Of a stretch of DNA of 64,000 nt, positions 13,406 through 27,139 are shown one piece after another (position 1 is the stretch's first letter; every line of letters begins with the position of its first letter). The translations under genes were made by a program, and so were the position numbers. This stretch comes from Eledone cirrhosa (Eukaryota): assembly GCA_964016885.1 (NCBI GenBank), contig OZ024743.1:18476001-18540000 (forward strand). Reading direction: 5' to 3'. The notes beneath the pieces are model-generated. The model was not told the DNA's origin. It ran no database searches and worked only from the letters and a program-made list of their open reading frames with translations.

Positions 13406-15057
13406 CCACATTGCCCGGAGTATCGTTTGGTATCTGGACGATGCTACGTTGGGCGGGCCATGGAGACTGTCTGTCATGACCTAAAACCAGTGGTTCCTCT
13501 GGCGGGAATCGGCCTCCAGATCAAGTCGTCCAAGTCGGAGGTGGTGAATGTCAACCATGATGCTCAGAGCTTTGCAGCCTCCGGCTTGCACGTGCGGTCC
13601 ATTCTCTACCAGGTACAGTTGATACCCAAAGAGGGTGTCCTCATCTTCGGATCACCGATCCACTCGCCGGCCATCCGCTCCACCATCAGGTCTAGGCTCC
13701 AAAAACTGTAGACCCTCACGAGCCGACTGGGGGGATCGATGGCCACTCAGGTCTATTCCTGTTGCGGAACTGCTTCGCCATGCCGAAGCTCCTCTACACC
13801 GTTCGCACTACTCCGTGCTACAGCCACACATCTCACCTCGCTGAGCTCGATACCTGTATCCAAGTGGCAGCTGAGGAGATATGCAATGTCCTGTTTGACG
13901 ACATGTGATGGCAACAGCCTACTTTACCTGCCCGATTTGACAGCCTTGGACTCCGGTCCCCGATCTCGTTGACTTTGTCGGCGTTATTTTCATCGGTAAT
14001 CTTATGCCGCACACTCGTCAGCAGGGTTCTCCAAAACACAATAGCACCCTCCGTGTTAAGGGAACGTGAGGTCACCTGTGGGACGTGGGACAGATTGGGA
14101 CTTAGCCCGCTAGACATCCCTCCTCCTTCTCCCCCTGCTGACGTCAAGTCACCCCAAAGCGGGTGGGATGCCATCCAGTGTAGCCTTGCCTCACACAGTC
14201 TCACGTGTCAGCTCAACAAGCACAACCTTGACTGTTTTCGCGCGGCCTACAATTCTCACATCCGTGCCTGTTTCCATGCCTTGTCATCCTTCTCCACTGG
14301 CACGCAGCTGGATAACGATAGCCTGCGCATCGGCGTTTCCTTGATGCTTGGACTCTGGATATGCGAGCCATATAAATGTCGCTGTGGATCCACCGTTGAC
14401 GCTTTCGGACTCCACCCACTTTCCTGTCACCACAGTGCCGGCCGCCTTCCACGCCTTGCTTGTCTCATGAGAAAGTGTCGGTGCAAGTGGCATCCCAGAC
14501 GAGGGGTTTGCCACCATGGAACGGGAAGATAGTCATACTGTTTGGTCTTCTGCCATCTCCTCGGACCAGCCCCAGCGGCTCGAGCTGGGAGGGGAAGCCT
14601 GAAGCGTCAAAACCATGGTTAATGACCTCGTGGAGGGCAGCATGGCGTGGAAGGCGACCGGCACTGTGGTGACACGAAAGCGGCTGGGGTCCCAAAGAGT
14701 CCACGGTGGATCGACAGCGACATTTATGTGGCTCACAGATCCGGAGTTCAAAGCTCAAGGAAACGCCGATGCCCAGGCTATCGTTATCCAGCTGCGTGCC
14801 AGTAGAGAACGAGGGCAAACCATGGAACCAGGCACCACTGTGGAGTTTGGAGGCCGTGCGAAAGCAGCCAAGGCGGTGCTGGTCGAGCTGGCGCGTGAGC
14901 CTGTGTGAGGCAAGGCTTCACTTGATGGCATCCCATACGCTTAGGGGGGACTTGACGTCAGCAGGGGTAGAAGCAGGAGGAAAGTCTACCGGTCTAAGGC
15001 CCAGCCTGTGCCACGTCTCACAGACGAGCTTACGGTCCCTACTGTGTTTTGGAGAAA
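13405..15057. mobile_element. CRE-clade-like non-LTR retrotransposon remnants: plus copy 13405-14458 and minus copy 14459-15057, tail to tail
   Basis: RT thumb (GVLIFGSPI; LLRNCFAMPKLLY), CCHC knuckle (CRCG..D..G.H.LSC), RH motif, and REL nuclease (LEP..GDGRRPN..VWDATCTDT). GC-rich relative to the flanks. Confidence 0.75.
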
Positions 15058-15257
15058 CGGGAAGTAAGCTTCTATACAAAACAGTCGATATACAGAAACG
15101 GTGAAGCTGGAAATATCATAGAAAACATATTTTAGGGTTTGTTTTTCTTTTTTTTACAATTTATCTGATTCCTCAGCTTGACATTATTGAAAAGATGACA
15201 TTATTGTAAAAATGAGAGGGACAATACTTTTAAAAACAGTTTTAAAATGTATATAAA

Positions 15258-15429
<172 letters not shown>

Positions 15430-15504
15430 ATAATAATAAAGTTGAAGACTAAAATCCAAACTTTAATCTGTTATTTTAATAAATATATATATATATATAT
15501 AACA

Positions 15505-16075
15505 CCCCCTGTAGGTATGGCGGAGGGCCGATTTAAGGAACGCTTCCTGAACCACCAGTCGATATTTAGTAACACGGTCAGACATTCATCCACGAAACTC
15601 GCGAGCCACGTATGGTCCCTCAAGGACTCAAGTATAAACTACTCCATTCAATGGAAAGCCATCACTACGTCCAAGCCATACTCACGGGGCAATCCGTCGT
15701 GTGGTCTATGTATTGATGAACGAATAAATATTCTAAAGAGATTACGGTATAGCGATTGCCTAAACTCATGATTTGATTTCTTCACGCGTTGTCCACACGT
15801 CTGAAAACACCTCTTACATAACTACAAAGCTCCGGATTCAAGTACAACAACATCCTAATTTTCTTATCAATTGGAAACCTTCAAAATTTCGCAGTTATCT
15901 CCCTTACAACTCTCGCACGCAATTTAGTATTGCCTGAGTGAAGTGACCGATCTGCGCATGCGCGTTCGTACGTTTGTCCTTCCTGTTTCGAATAACCATG
16001 TCAATTACGAGCTAAGGATCCAGTAAGATGAAACAATTGTTCTCGGTCTGGTGAACTAACTGTTGTGTAAACCAC
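15505..16075 (+). mobile_element. 3' fragment of a Hydra-like PLE (GIY-YIG) with a degenerate hammerhead at 16008-16045
   Basis: GMAEGRFKERFLNH..STKLASHVWSLKD..CGLCIDE. Motif: CGAG-CUAAGGA-uc..gau-GAAA-CAAUUG-UU-CUCG. Confidence 0.75.
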
Positions 16076-16095
16076 TTCTATACATATATATATAT

Positions 16096-16132
<37 letters not shown>

Positions 16133-16685
16133 CATATGACAAGTAAGTATGTTTTGAAACAGTGAACAGGTTTGAAATTAGAAATAGAATAGCTTTCACC
16201 GTATTTTTGAATAAATAATTTTTAGTCTGATAATGGGGTTTAGAACCCTCAGATAAACGGAAAAAGATGATTATTGATGTACATTCAAAAATACGTTGAA
16301 ACCTAAAAGATGTGGGTTCGACTCCCATATACATCAATATTCATCTTTTTCCATTTATCTGAGGGTTCTAAACCCCATTATCTGACTAAAAATTCTTTAG
16401 TCAAAAATACGGTGAAAGCTATTCTATTTCTAATTTCAAACCTGCTCACTGTTTCAAAACATACATACTTGTCATGTATACTCGCTAAGAATGTAGCTTC
16501 TAATTTGAATGGAAGGAGATGGGTGATGTGTTGGTGTAATGGTAGCACAGTGGTCTGGATAACCAAAGATGTGGGTTCGACTCCCATGTACATCAATATT
16601 CATCTTTTTCCATTTATCTGAGGGTTCTAAACCCCATTAACAGACTAAAAGTTCTTTAGTAAAAGATACGAAGAAAGCTATTATA
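16133..16685. mobile_element. Non-coding ~259-bp-unit element: partial tandem (16307-16685) plus an inverted copy (16133-16283), in (TA)n
   Basis: aagatgtgggttcgactcccat...gaaagctatt occurs twice, 259 bp apart. 16133-16283 is the reverse complement of ~16328-16478. Confidence 0.8.
16525..16595 (+). tRNA. tRNA-like cloverleaf (anticodon GGA, short variable loop) inside the repeat; probably a Pol III head rather than a decoding tRNA
   Basis: Acceptor GATGTGT/GTACATC, D arm GTGT-AATGGTA-GCAC, anticodon arm gTGGT-CTGGATA-ACCAa, T arm GTGGG-TTCGACT-CCCAT. Confidence 0.65.
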
Positions 16686-16699
16686 TATATATATATATA

Positions 16700-18333
16700 T
16701 GGGTCAACAAGTTATCGTTATAGGTAATCCAGTTAGAGGTTGTGAGTACTCCGTGTCGTGGATAGTTTTAACTTGCGGCTTTTTTTGATTCAACAAGATG
16801 CTTCCATAGTTATGCAGCGAGTTCGCGGTAATTCTTATGCAGGTTATACTCTTGAAGAAATAATAGTTAAAGAATGAAGATTAACATGGTTGGCTGTACA
16901 ATAAGGTTTTTATTTAAAGTACTGACAATTGTTTCGTTGATCATGTGGGTCTAGAGTTCGCTAATCGCTTGAACTTGCGTTATTTGATGTCCAATACCTT
17001 ATACACCTATGCTCAACACATCAGAGTATGTAGATATGAAAATAATTCACTCGAGGCAAGACATATCGTATAATTAAAACAATAACATCAATAAATATAT
17101 AGCGTATAATCTAAACAATAACATCTATAATAATACATGTATGGTAAATAGGGAGAGACGTTACATCTGTAAAAAATAAAAGTTGAATATAAGATAGTAC
17201 TGTGAATTCAGGCAATTCTACCTGGCACTACATAGGTTCCACGGCTGGGGAGTTTAAGAAAAGGCGGTACGTCCACAGACACTTCATGAAGAACCGTAGA
17301 CTGGAGAACTTTACCACGCTCGCCAATAAAATCTAGCATCTTAAGGACAGAAACCTAGAATATAAGATCAGGTGGTCAAAATTATCGGTAACGAAAGCCT
17401 TTGGCAACGGTATATCCCACTGCTCGCTTTGTAATTTACAACTACTACATATTTTAAGGTACGATGGGATACTGCTTAACAGCAAAATAGAAAGGTCTAT
17501 TTTCAGTAGACATAAAATAGCTACTAGATTCACAAACTTTAAACCACCATGAATTGAACCAGCAATCCCAAAATTAGTACTGAACTCCCTAGATATTAAT
17601 ATATAGAATACAGACCATCGCACTGCTATTAGCCATCAATCGGCCGACTGGTCACTGGATCATAAATCTCTGAACATATCTTTCACCCTCTCTCCCTGAA
17701 ACCACATCAACCCCATTAAGATAGAACAATCAGCAAAACATTTACAACAAGCGTTTATCAAATGTCTCGTCATCCCTAGCCCATTAATATCATACATACA
17801 TCCAGCAATTAATCTCTAATTTATTGTCTCTTTTATCGGAACCTCCTCGAATTTAGTTTCCCACCAACGAATCCTTATAAGAACACTTACTCAAAAACTA
17901 CTACTATGTACTTACAAGCTCTCACATATTTATTTATTTATCTCCTTATATTTTCCATTCTCTCATTTTCTTACTTTTTTATGTACCCTATCTTATATTC
18001 CACTTTTACTTTTTACATCTGTTACTTTTCTACCTATTTACAATACATGTATTATTATTGATGTTATTGTTTAGATTATACATTGTTTTATTATTGATGT
18101 TATTGTTTTAATTATACGCTATTTCTCTATATAATTCTCGCCTCGAGTGAATTATTTTCATATCTACATACTCTGATGTGTTGACCATAGGTGAATAATG
18201 TATTGGAGATCGAATAACGCAAAATCAAGCGATTAGCGAACTCGAGACCCACATGATCAACGAAACACATGTCAGTACTTTAAATAAAGCCCTTATAGTA
18301 CAGCCAACCATGTTAATCTTTATTCTTTAACTA
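16700..18333. mobile_element. PLE remnant with inverted pseudo-LTRs (16864-~17200 and ~17990-18333) around a GIY-YIG pseudogene on plus (~17215-17550)
   Basis: HYIGSTAGEFKKR..TTLANKI*HLKD..CSLC..LLN. The arms are reverse complements. Tail 16700-16865 is homologous to the reverse complement of 27890-28057. Confidence 0.85.
18169..18277 (+). ncRNA. Hammerhead-like motif with a long stem II loop and CUGAUGU core (inverted copy at 16920-17028, minus)
   Basis: UACU-CUGAUGU-GUUGA-(~72 nt)-UCAAC-GAAAC-acau-GUC-AGUA. The left copy has a palindromic stem III (ACAAUUGU). Confidence 0.7.
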
Positions 18334-18442
18334 TATATATATATATGTGTGTGTGTAAAAGGTACACACAAATAACAACACAATCGGTACAGTATATGGA
18401 ATGTATATATTAGGTTAACGCTCGATATAGCAGGAAGAGGTA

Positions 18443-18476
18443 CTTAACATTTCGGACGCTAGTCTTTCATCAGAAG
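18443..18476 (-). ncRNA. Minimal hammerhead in a PLE terminal fragment (~18350-18640)
   Basis: CUU-CUGAUGA-aaGAC-uagc-GUCc-GAAA-ug-UU-AAG. Confidence 0.7.
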
Positions 18477-20118
18477 AAAGAATGAGAAATAAAATAGATT
18501 GAGGGGACGGACGGTATGGAATTGGAAAAAAATGTCTTTAGATAAAAATAACAGGTCCATTCATGTTGAAATCACTTTCAAAACAGTCGGTGCTGGCATT
18601 TTGTGTATGACTTGTTTTTTAGAAAAGTGGATGATGGCAGGAGTCTACCTATATATATATTTCATACAGTGAGTCAGAATAGGATACAATTCTATATATG
18701 TATAACTAACGCCACACCCTATTTGATGTTTCATATTTCTAATACGATACTACTAGAATTTACTGCATTTTGCATTGAAACACTAGCAATTGAATAAACA
18801 GACAGCAGAGCCAAATATATTTCTACTCATATCTTACTGTACAAAATCACGTTGTATGATACAATTATTGTTTAATTACGCTTTAGTAAAAGACGAGCGC
18901 ACCAGCTCTATAATAATTGTTATATTACTCACTAATCTGCTACGGAATCATGACCTATGCCTAAACTAAAGCAACAGCAACATCTGACTTTAAAAGAATA
19001 ATATCCATATAGTTGCCTTAAATCAACAAGTGCATGAATTATTGTGTATGTTCCACTTAGAAATGCCTTTGTTATTTTATGTAGGAAATATCTTTTTGTT
19101 AAGTTATATAGAAACGTTGCACTGAACATTTCTAACATGATTTGGGTTTACAATATATTTTCCGCATATATTTGTAAGAAGGCATTCGTAGTGTTCTAAA
19201 CATCTTAAAAGTAAACCAAAATCTGCACAAAAGCAAAACAGAAATCAATAAAACCAATCTGCGTTCATACAACCAGCTCGAAGAACTAAGTGACGACCGC
19301 AAAAGCAAATGTTTAATCAGTGATGTTTCTGTATATGGTGATATTAGGTAGCATACACGGGGTGTTACGAGACATAATACAAAAAGAATTATGAAATCTT
19401 GTGTTATTTTGCCACATTAGTCCTTTAGCTTAAGTGCTATGACACAATATGTCATTAGTACATCGCTATTGAAAGTCGGTTAACTAGATTAAACTGTGCA
19501 ATTTCGAGGTACAACTTATTTTAGTAAAACACGATCAGCAGTTAATTCAAACGATACTTCATTGTCACTATTCTTAAATTTTCGTGTTGCAACTATTCTA
19601 ATTTGAAACAGCAAGAATGATGTTCGTGTAGAGTTCTTTCATTTGGAGAGTTTGCTGGCTTAATAATACTATGCGTGATAATAGTGGAGGCTGTAGTGTT
19701 GATGTCAGGGATGATAAATACGCACGAAAGACATTGAAAACAACGATGCAAACATATTAAAAGAGTTACATATACTTTACTAAATATGTCTGATATATGA
19801 GCAAATGCTTCTAGCCATTATTATCACGTCACACATTATATCTATTAAGTTGTACAAATTAGCAATCTTTTTTTGACAAAATTGACATAACCTGATAATC
19901 TGCACTTCAATGCAATGTGCTGTTTGATTTTTAATTATAGTCTGCACGTAAAAGGAAACTAAATTACTAAATAATCAAAGATAATGCATATTAACCAGTC
20001 GTCTACTCTGATGAGCTAACATTAAAGACTCACGTGTTTTCATTAACTATGAATTATACTAGCGATCGGACATATGGGTACTCACAAACACACGCACATA
20101 TATATGTACACAGGCATA

Positions 20119-20169
<51 letters not shown>

Positions 20170-20191
20170 GTATATACATATATATACATAT

Positions 20192-20260
<69 letters not shown>

Positions 20261-20266
20261 TGCGCG

Positions 20267-20315
<49 letters not shown>

Positions 20316-21045
20316 TTTTATTTTTGACGTAACTGTATTTCTCTTGATCAATAACAATATAAATTATAATTATATACATGTTTCAATTTAAAGTATAATT
20401 AATCCATATATTTTTTTTTTATGTTTACTGCCTTGTTAAGTTTTAGGTTTAAAAAGATATTTAGAATTTAAATGATAGGAAAATTTATTTTTAACGCTTT
20501 CATACACACGTCAGATATAACAGCATGTTTGTATGAACTGCCATTTACAATGTATACTTAACTATATGCAATACATATTTAGATTAAAGATGTGATACAA
20601 TTTTGTTAGCCAGCAAAGATATGTCAAATTTGCTGACATAATCTTGAATAGGTTATTTTTAAGCAAATAAAATTAAAGTACCGCAGGTGTATTATGTGTG
20701 TCATATATGTGAGTGCGTATATGTGCATTAATGCGCACATGTGTCCGCGTGCATGTGCGTGGGATGGGCGTTGAGTTTGCGTGTATGTCTTTCATCTCTT
20801 TTTCCAGCAATAATAGCAGCATGTTCTCCAATAGAATAGGGTATATGTTTCTGAGGTCAGGTGCAAACCAGAAACAGACACCCTGCTAACCTGCTGATAG
20901 ACGCTACTAGGAAACCAGCATTACAAAATAACAATAATACATATCCAAAGAAATTAGAAATATAGTGTGTAGTTAAGGAAGATCTTTCAATGACCCACTA
21001 GAAATTGTGGTGTGCTATAACGCAGCTGGCATGGCACGTGAGCTT

Positions 21046-21137
<92 letters not shown>

Positions 21138-21284
21138 AATTAAAATACTAGAGTGTGTCGGAGTTAAACACCCTCTTCATATTATAGAAATGACAGTAAA
21201 TGTATAGCTCAATGTAATTAAACAGAGCCGAAGAATTATGAATGTAAACCAAAGAAGCCTTCAATACATCAAAAGTCTTTATTA

Positions 21285-21322
21285 GCCAACAATGTTTCGT
21301 CCTATTAAGGACTCATCAGGGC
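21285..21322 (-). ncRNA. Minimal type-I hammerhead ribozyme
   Basis: GCC-CUGAUGA-GUCCU-uaau-AGGAC-GAAAC-auu-GUU-GGC, then AAUAAA. Confidence 0.9.
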
Positions 21323-23058
21323 AAGTAAAGCTATAAGAAGCACTATCGGCCAATACAAGCCACAAACTCAGAAGAATATGGAGTATACATACATTAAAGC
21401 ATAGGAAAATTATCAAGTAAAAATTATCAAGTAAAAATTGCTAAGGAAGTGAATAACATTTTGAACCATATTACAAATATAGTACAATGCAAAAACTAAA
21501 TCTAAACACAACTGGTGATATAAAGCGAGAATTACAGTACTATACATAATATAATATAATATAATATAATATAATTGATAATGATAATAATAATAATATT
21601 AAAAGCCCCAATATACATATATACATATATACATATGTACACATATATACATATATATATATCAATACACATATCCATCAATACAAACACAAACTAACAC
21701 TTATTAAGAGTTTAAATATAAATAAAAATAAAAATAGAAATAAAAATATAATACATATATTATTTACAGTATAAAATGATAAAGAAATGAGTAAAAGTAA
21801 CCATATAATATATAATATACTATATAATTATATAATTAATAATCTCCGGTCAATTTGCACAAACAATATAAATATTACAATAACACTACAATAACAATAT
21901 TATAATATATTGGCATATAACTTAAGAAATCATATAAAGTTACACACAGGGTGAGAAAAAAAATATCATACAGAACTAAATTGTGTTGAAAAAATTGTGC
22001 TGGAAAAATATCTATACCGTTGTAAGAAAATAGAGGGAGGTCAAGTTTTTATACAATTGGTATAAATAAATATTATCTAAACATTACAAAAATTATAAAA
22101 ATATAAACATATTACAGAATTTACAAAATTTAACATAAGGGTACATCGAATAATCGGTAAATATTTAAGATCTATAGTACGATTACATAGAGTGATATGA
22201 TATAACAACTTCAATATCAAATAATGAACATAGTATAATATACATAATTACATGGTTGGTAGACAGGTATATGTGAATAAGTGAATAAGAACCAGACAGA
22301 AACTGCACACGGTATTAAACAAATATAAATAAAATCATAAATAAAATCAACCGGAAATCGAAAAACAAAAACAAATATATTTACTTAGGTGTCACAAGCA
22401 GTTAAGTAAAAAAAACAAATTAGGAATCAAACACGGATAAATGACTAGAAAACCCTATTAAATTAATTAATATTGAAAGTATTTAAAATATATAATAAGT
22501 CAATACAAAATTAGCTATGGTTTAAGTAATCAAAATCTCCAAAGTTTAAGATATCTCAATAAAAATATCCAGAATGGAATGAAATATTCTACTATCAGTT
22601 GAATAACGTTATCTAATAAACGGACTTTAAATAGAACTATGGTAGGCCAATGGGGACAGAAAAAAGAAATGTGTGGAGGATACGAAGGAGCATAAAATCA
22701 TAATCAATATACTCTATTATACAATAGAAAGGAGCATAAAAGGGAATTGAATATAATTATAGTATAATTGAAGGGGCGAATGACAAGTGTGTGAGGGGGA
22801 GGGGATTAATTATCTAAATGAGAATCCAAATAAAATAAAATAAAATAATATAAAATAAAATAAAATAAAATATATAATCAGATATCAACTCATAAGGTGT
22901 TAATAGTAAAAATATAAAATTTAAGAAGATAGATATGGTATGGTAGCCAAAAGACTATGAGAGCTAGATCGAAAAGCTGTTAAAAACCAATAATAATAAT
23001 GATAATGATGGTGGTAAACAAAATGAACCTAAACAAAAAAGCTAAAGGAATATAGCAG

Positions 23059-25118
23059 CTAATGGATACAATTTACACTACCAGAACTTTTAGGTTTATA
23101 ATAAAAGTAAGAATTAGAAATGGCGTGGGGGCAAGAAGAGAATATCTCAGACTTTCTATTAAGTAAGGTTTCCCTAGAGAATATTATAGAGTGGGTCTCA
23201 AGGATACAGAGATTACAGAATTTAGTGTGTGTTGATAGGTTATTAGAGCGTGCTACTATTCGCCAATTAAGGCTATATGGTATATTAGCCCCCTTAAGAT
23301 CCCAGATATGGTGTGCTAAAGAAGTAGAATTCTTAAACTTAACATCTTTAAAATTAGAGATATGAGAATTAAACCTAGTCTTAAAAGTGTTAGATGTTGA
23401 GCCTATATATGTGCTATTAGAGGGATTAGTTTTAACTACACAAGCATAAACGATGTTCTTAGAGAGGCAGTTACCGTTTAAAGGGCAGTCAACACTCACT
23501 CTACAGTTACACTTCCAGGTGCTATTGATCGGCTGAAGTAGTGATGCATCACTCGTAGGGTTACTATGAGATAAGGTCTGCTCAGGTGGTAAGGCATCTA
23601 TGGATCTATCCAGACCAGTAGTACGCAGATAGGAGTAGCCATCCCTAATGCTCCCATTGTTAGTGCTAGCTAAATGAGAACTAATATTAGGGGTGGTAGA
23701 GAATGAGAGTTTAATTACATTTTTATTAAAAATACCATGGTATGTATTAGTAGGAGGGAAATTTTTCTCTAAGATAGAAAAGAAAGACCTAGGGATGTTA
23801 GTTAATACTTCCTGATTATATGGCTGGTTAAAATAAGTATTTAGTCTCCTTCTATTTCTATCCTTACCAACTCTACCGTTATCTAATATCCCATTATTAA
23901 GATCAGGGTTACTACGTGGACTAGTTAAAACTACATTATTAGAATCAGCCGAAACGCCATTGAGTCTCTTTCTGTTTCTACCTTTACTATATCTACTCCT
24001 ATCTGGAATCATATCAAAAGGATTAGGGCTAATAATAGGATCAGTAGAAACAACACTATTAGAATTAGATTTAGCAAAAGCATTACCACTGAGTGAGCGC
24101 TCAGAGCACCCAACTTGATCCCCAGAACTATTAGATTCCCTATTACGAATCGGGTGGCTTAACTTATGGATGGGTTCGGATACACCTATGTGATTTCTAC
24201 GATTCTTATGCTTTCTACTCCCATTCATGACCATATTATTGGATATTATGTTATTATTATTATATGTAAGCGTAGACTTTCTAAGGTTACTATTATTATA
24301 ATGTTAATTACCAGAGTAACCGGAGTTTGCTAGGGCATTATTATAGTACCCTGCATGTGCATTAAATATTCCTATGTCCTTAGAGAGTGTGGACATTATA
24401 TTAGATATACCATTAATTATAGAGCTTATCATAGATGTGGGGTGGTTAGAATTGGGACTAACATAAGAGAGTATTTCATTAGGCTTATGGAAGGGTTTAA
24501 AACTATTAGTGACCAAGTCCAAAGTCACATCTAAAAAGTAGACCGCTCTATCATTTCTATCTATCGTGAGCGAAAGGTTAAAGCTTTTAAAAAACTTATA
24601 AAGTTTCTTCTTATTATGCTCGATGTTATTGGTGCTAGAGTTAATCACAAACAATGCATCGTCACGATAAAGTCCGCCTTTAAGGTGCGGAAAGGTAACA
24701 TACAGTTCATTTAGGAGGAACAGCCCAACAAGATCAGTTACCTGGGCCGAAACACTCGAACCCATTGTAACGTCGATATTGTTGGGCGTGTTTTTACGGG
24801 TCCAAAATGTATCCTCGAAATTGATGATAGTTCTACTGGCTGCTAGTATAATATCAATCTGTGATCGTGTAAGGCTGGACACTATCATGGCCATCATTAA
24901 GACTTTATTAAGGAGGATATGTGAAATCGATGTGTAATAGGCAGCAATATCAAACTGGATAAACCTACTAGATTCAAGTTTATTAATACCAGAGAACCAA
25001 TCTATAACCTCCTTAGTGTTCCCCCATAGATTAAAATTAACCTTCTCCCTAACAGCTGGTATAATAAGGTCAAGGATCTTCTTACTAATTATGGCTATAT
25101 CAGACTTAGAAGGTAACC
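23059..25118 (-). pseudogene. PLE RT-GIY-YIG ORF with one in-frame stop at 24304-24306
   Basis: ORFs 24304..25125 and 23059..24234 are in the same frame and colinear with the 614-aa ORF at 51513..53357. Confidence 0.9.
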
Positions 25119-26689
25119 TTTGCATTTCATATCGTCGAAGTCGGTACCAGTATCAATGTTCTTCCTCTATTTCATTTTTCCGCTATCACTTTATCATATT
25201 TTCAGTTTTCCTCATAAGGAAATTTACAATAAACAAAATTAATGACCTTGATTCTTCCCTGTGATAGAAAACCTCACACTGTTAGACTGATGCGGAGAAT
25301 GAAGTATTTGGCCCTATTGAATAAAAAGCATTTCATCTCTCCCTTCAAAACTACACCTTGAAATTAAGCAGTGGTAATATCAACAGTGAAACTGATTTCT
25401 GGTAACGTTTTATGTAAAGATGGTAACTTTATGTATCATGCTTTGACTCGAGCCTTCACTTAGAGAAACTTCCAGAGCTTATGTGAGATAATAATAGTGT
25501 TCCAAAGCTTTTGAAAGATGGAATTAAGAGTCCATTTTTAAAATAATGTGTAATAAATTGTTCCAACACAGACGAATGATTTTACTGCATGATGTGGGAA
25601 GATTCTGTAGGTGCACATCATTCCACCCTGAAAAATTATACTGAACTTCATTTCTTTCAGTAATATAGTTATGGCATAATTTTTACACCCAGGCTGTTTC
25701 ATGAAAGAACCAAGAAAATGATTTGAATTTTTCCATATTTTCATCGAACAGCCAAAATTCGCTGATAAGGCACTAACTCGATACTTTTGAAAATACTCAG
25801 CAAACTTGGATGTGCAAACCACTTTCTGTCTATAGGCAAATCACCCATATTGATACGAACTCAAGAATATAAGGAGGTGGTGGCGTTGTGTGTATTTGGT
25901 CAGTTGCTGGTTGGGTGGCGGATAGCTTTCTTCTTTGATGTTTGCCGCTTACCAGCCCGCTCAAAACTGGCTGCATCTATTTTGTTGTTCACTCTTTTTT
26001 TTCTCTGTCTTCTGCTATGTCTCTCAATTCCATGTGACCAATATTGCCTTGGAACAATTGATGCTTCAGTTGGTCCTTGAAGAATTTTCCCATGATGGAG
26101 CGAAGCCATCACTGATTGAATTACACAAATATCTAGATCTGCCTCCGGTAGAGTACCCAGCATTTAGCACCGTAGATGATGTTAGTCATTACAACAGCGC
26201 TGTAGACTGTGATCCTTATGGTGAAGCGTAGAGAATGGCTATTCCATACGCGTTTCTGCAAGCGTCCGAATGATGTACCAATTGTCGACTCTATCGAATG
26301 CTCTCGTTTGATATAAATTGATCAGAGCACAACCAAAGCAAGGTTTATGATGTATCGTATGCGGTAGAGGTTGTCGTGTATGGAGTTGGTCGGGATTGAG
26401 CAAGTTTACGCCTCCTCATCCAAATCCTCGACGACAAGCGCTAACCTCTAACACCTGGGCCCAAATCATATACTCAGTGTTGAGCAGAGTTATGGGCTTG
26501 AAGTTATCTAATGTATCCCTCGTGCTCAAATATTGACAGGTCTCCCTTTCTCGGGGCCACGTTGGTTACCTAATAGCACTTTCTCAACGAAAGGATCGAT
26601 CGACTTTCGTCAAATTGGACCGAAGAAACAATGTTTTTCGTCGATTTTCCAGTTGCTAGTACTATATATCGGTCGCAACTCCAGGTAGA

Positions 26690-26808
26690 AGGAGCAACGT
26701 GAAATAAAGTGTCTTGCTAAAGGACATGACGGATCGCCCGGTCCAGGAATCGAACTCACAACTTCAAAATTGTGAACCCAATTCTCTACCAACTCAGTCA
26801 CACGCCTT
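26690..26808 (-). mobile_element. tRNA-derived SINE of a second family
   Basis: Minus strand: tgactgagttggta (A box), gagttcgattcc (B box), then a gtcctttagcaagacacttt central domain. Confidence 0.7.
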
Positions 26809-27016
26809 CAACAAAATAGCACAAAATAACACTTTAAAACCACTTAAAATTACGAACATTTTATCTCGCAGACTTGTACCGTCTAATCCCGAACGTCAAA
26901 ATTGAACGAACAATTTTCTGTAGACATAAAACGGCGAGCAATTTCGATAATTTCAGACCAACTTAATTCATCCCATCTATTTTATAATTAAAATTATACC
27001 ACCTGAATCTATTATA

Positions 27017-27125
27017 ATCCCGCCGAGGTTGACTTTACCTTTCATCCTTATGGGGTCGATAAAATAAAGTACCAGTAATGCACTGGGTATTTGCTGGCCT
27101 TGTGCCTAAAGTAGAAACAAACAAT
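27017..27125 (+). mobile_element. 5'-truncated SINE
   Basis: Core and tail of the 5263 family. Confidence 0.8.
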
Positions 27126-27139
27126 TATTATTATTATTG

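Larger units (their letters stand above)
21135..25118 (-). mobile_element. 5'-truncated Hydra-clade-like PLE (copy A), 3' end in (TA)n
   Basis: RT with QFDI..YY and GLYRDD, a CNCx5CPxxGxC linker, a GIY-YIG ending in CNLC..E..LLN..CPH, a long AT-rich 3' UTR and a terminal HHR. Confidence 0.92.

Noticed and set aside
16358-16425. CTGAGGG...GAAAGCTA as a hammerhead in the tRNA-bearing unit
   Set aside because: The core deviates and stem I does not pair.
20004-20035. CTGATGAG hammerhead-like core
   Set aside because: No stem II, GAAA or closing stem I follows.
25400-26260. Possible decayed hAT/Charlie transposase or host exons
   Set aside because: Only a vague W.KL resemblance across stops; no TIRs, no supportable splice structure.
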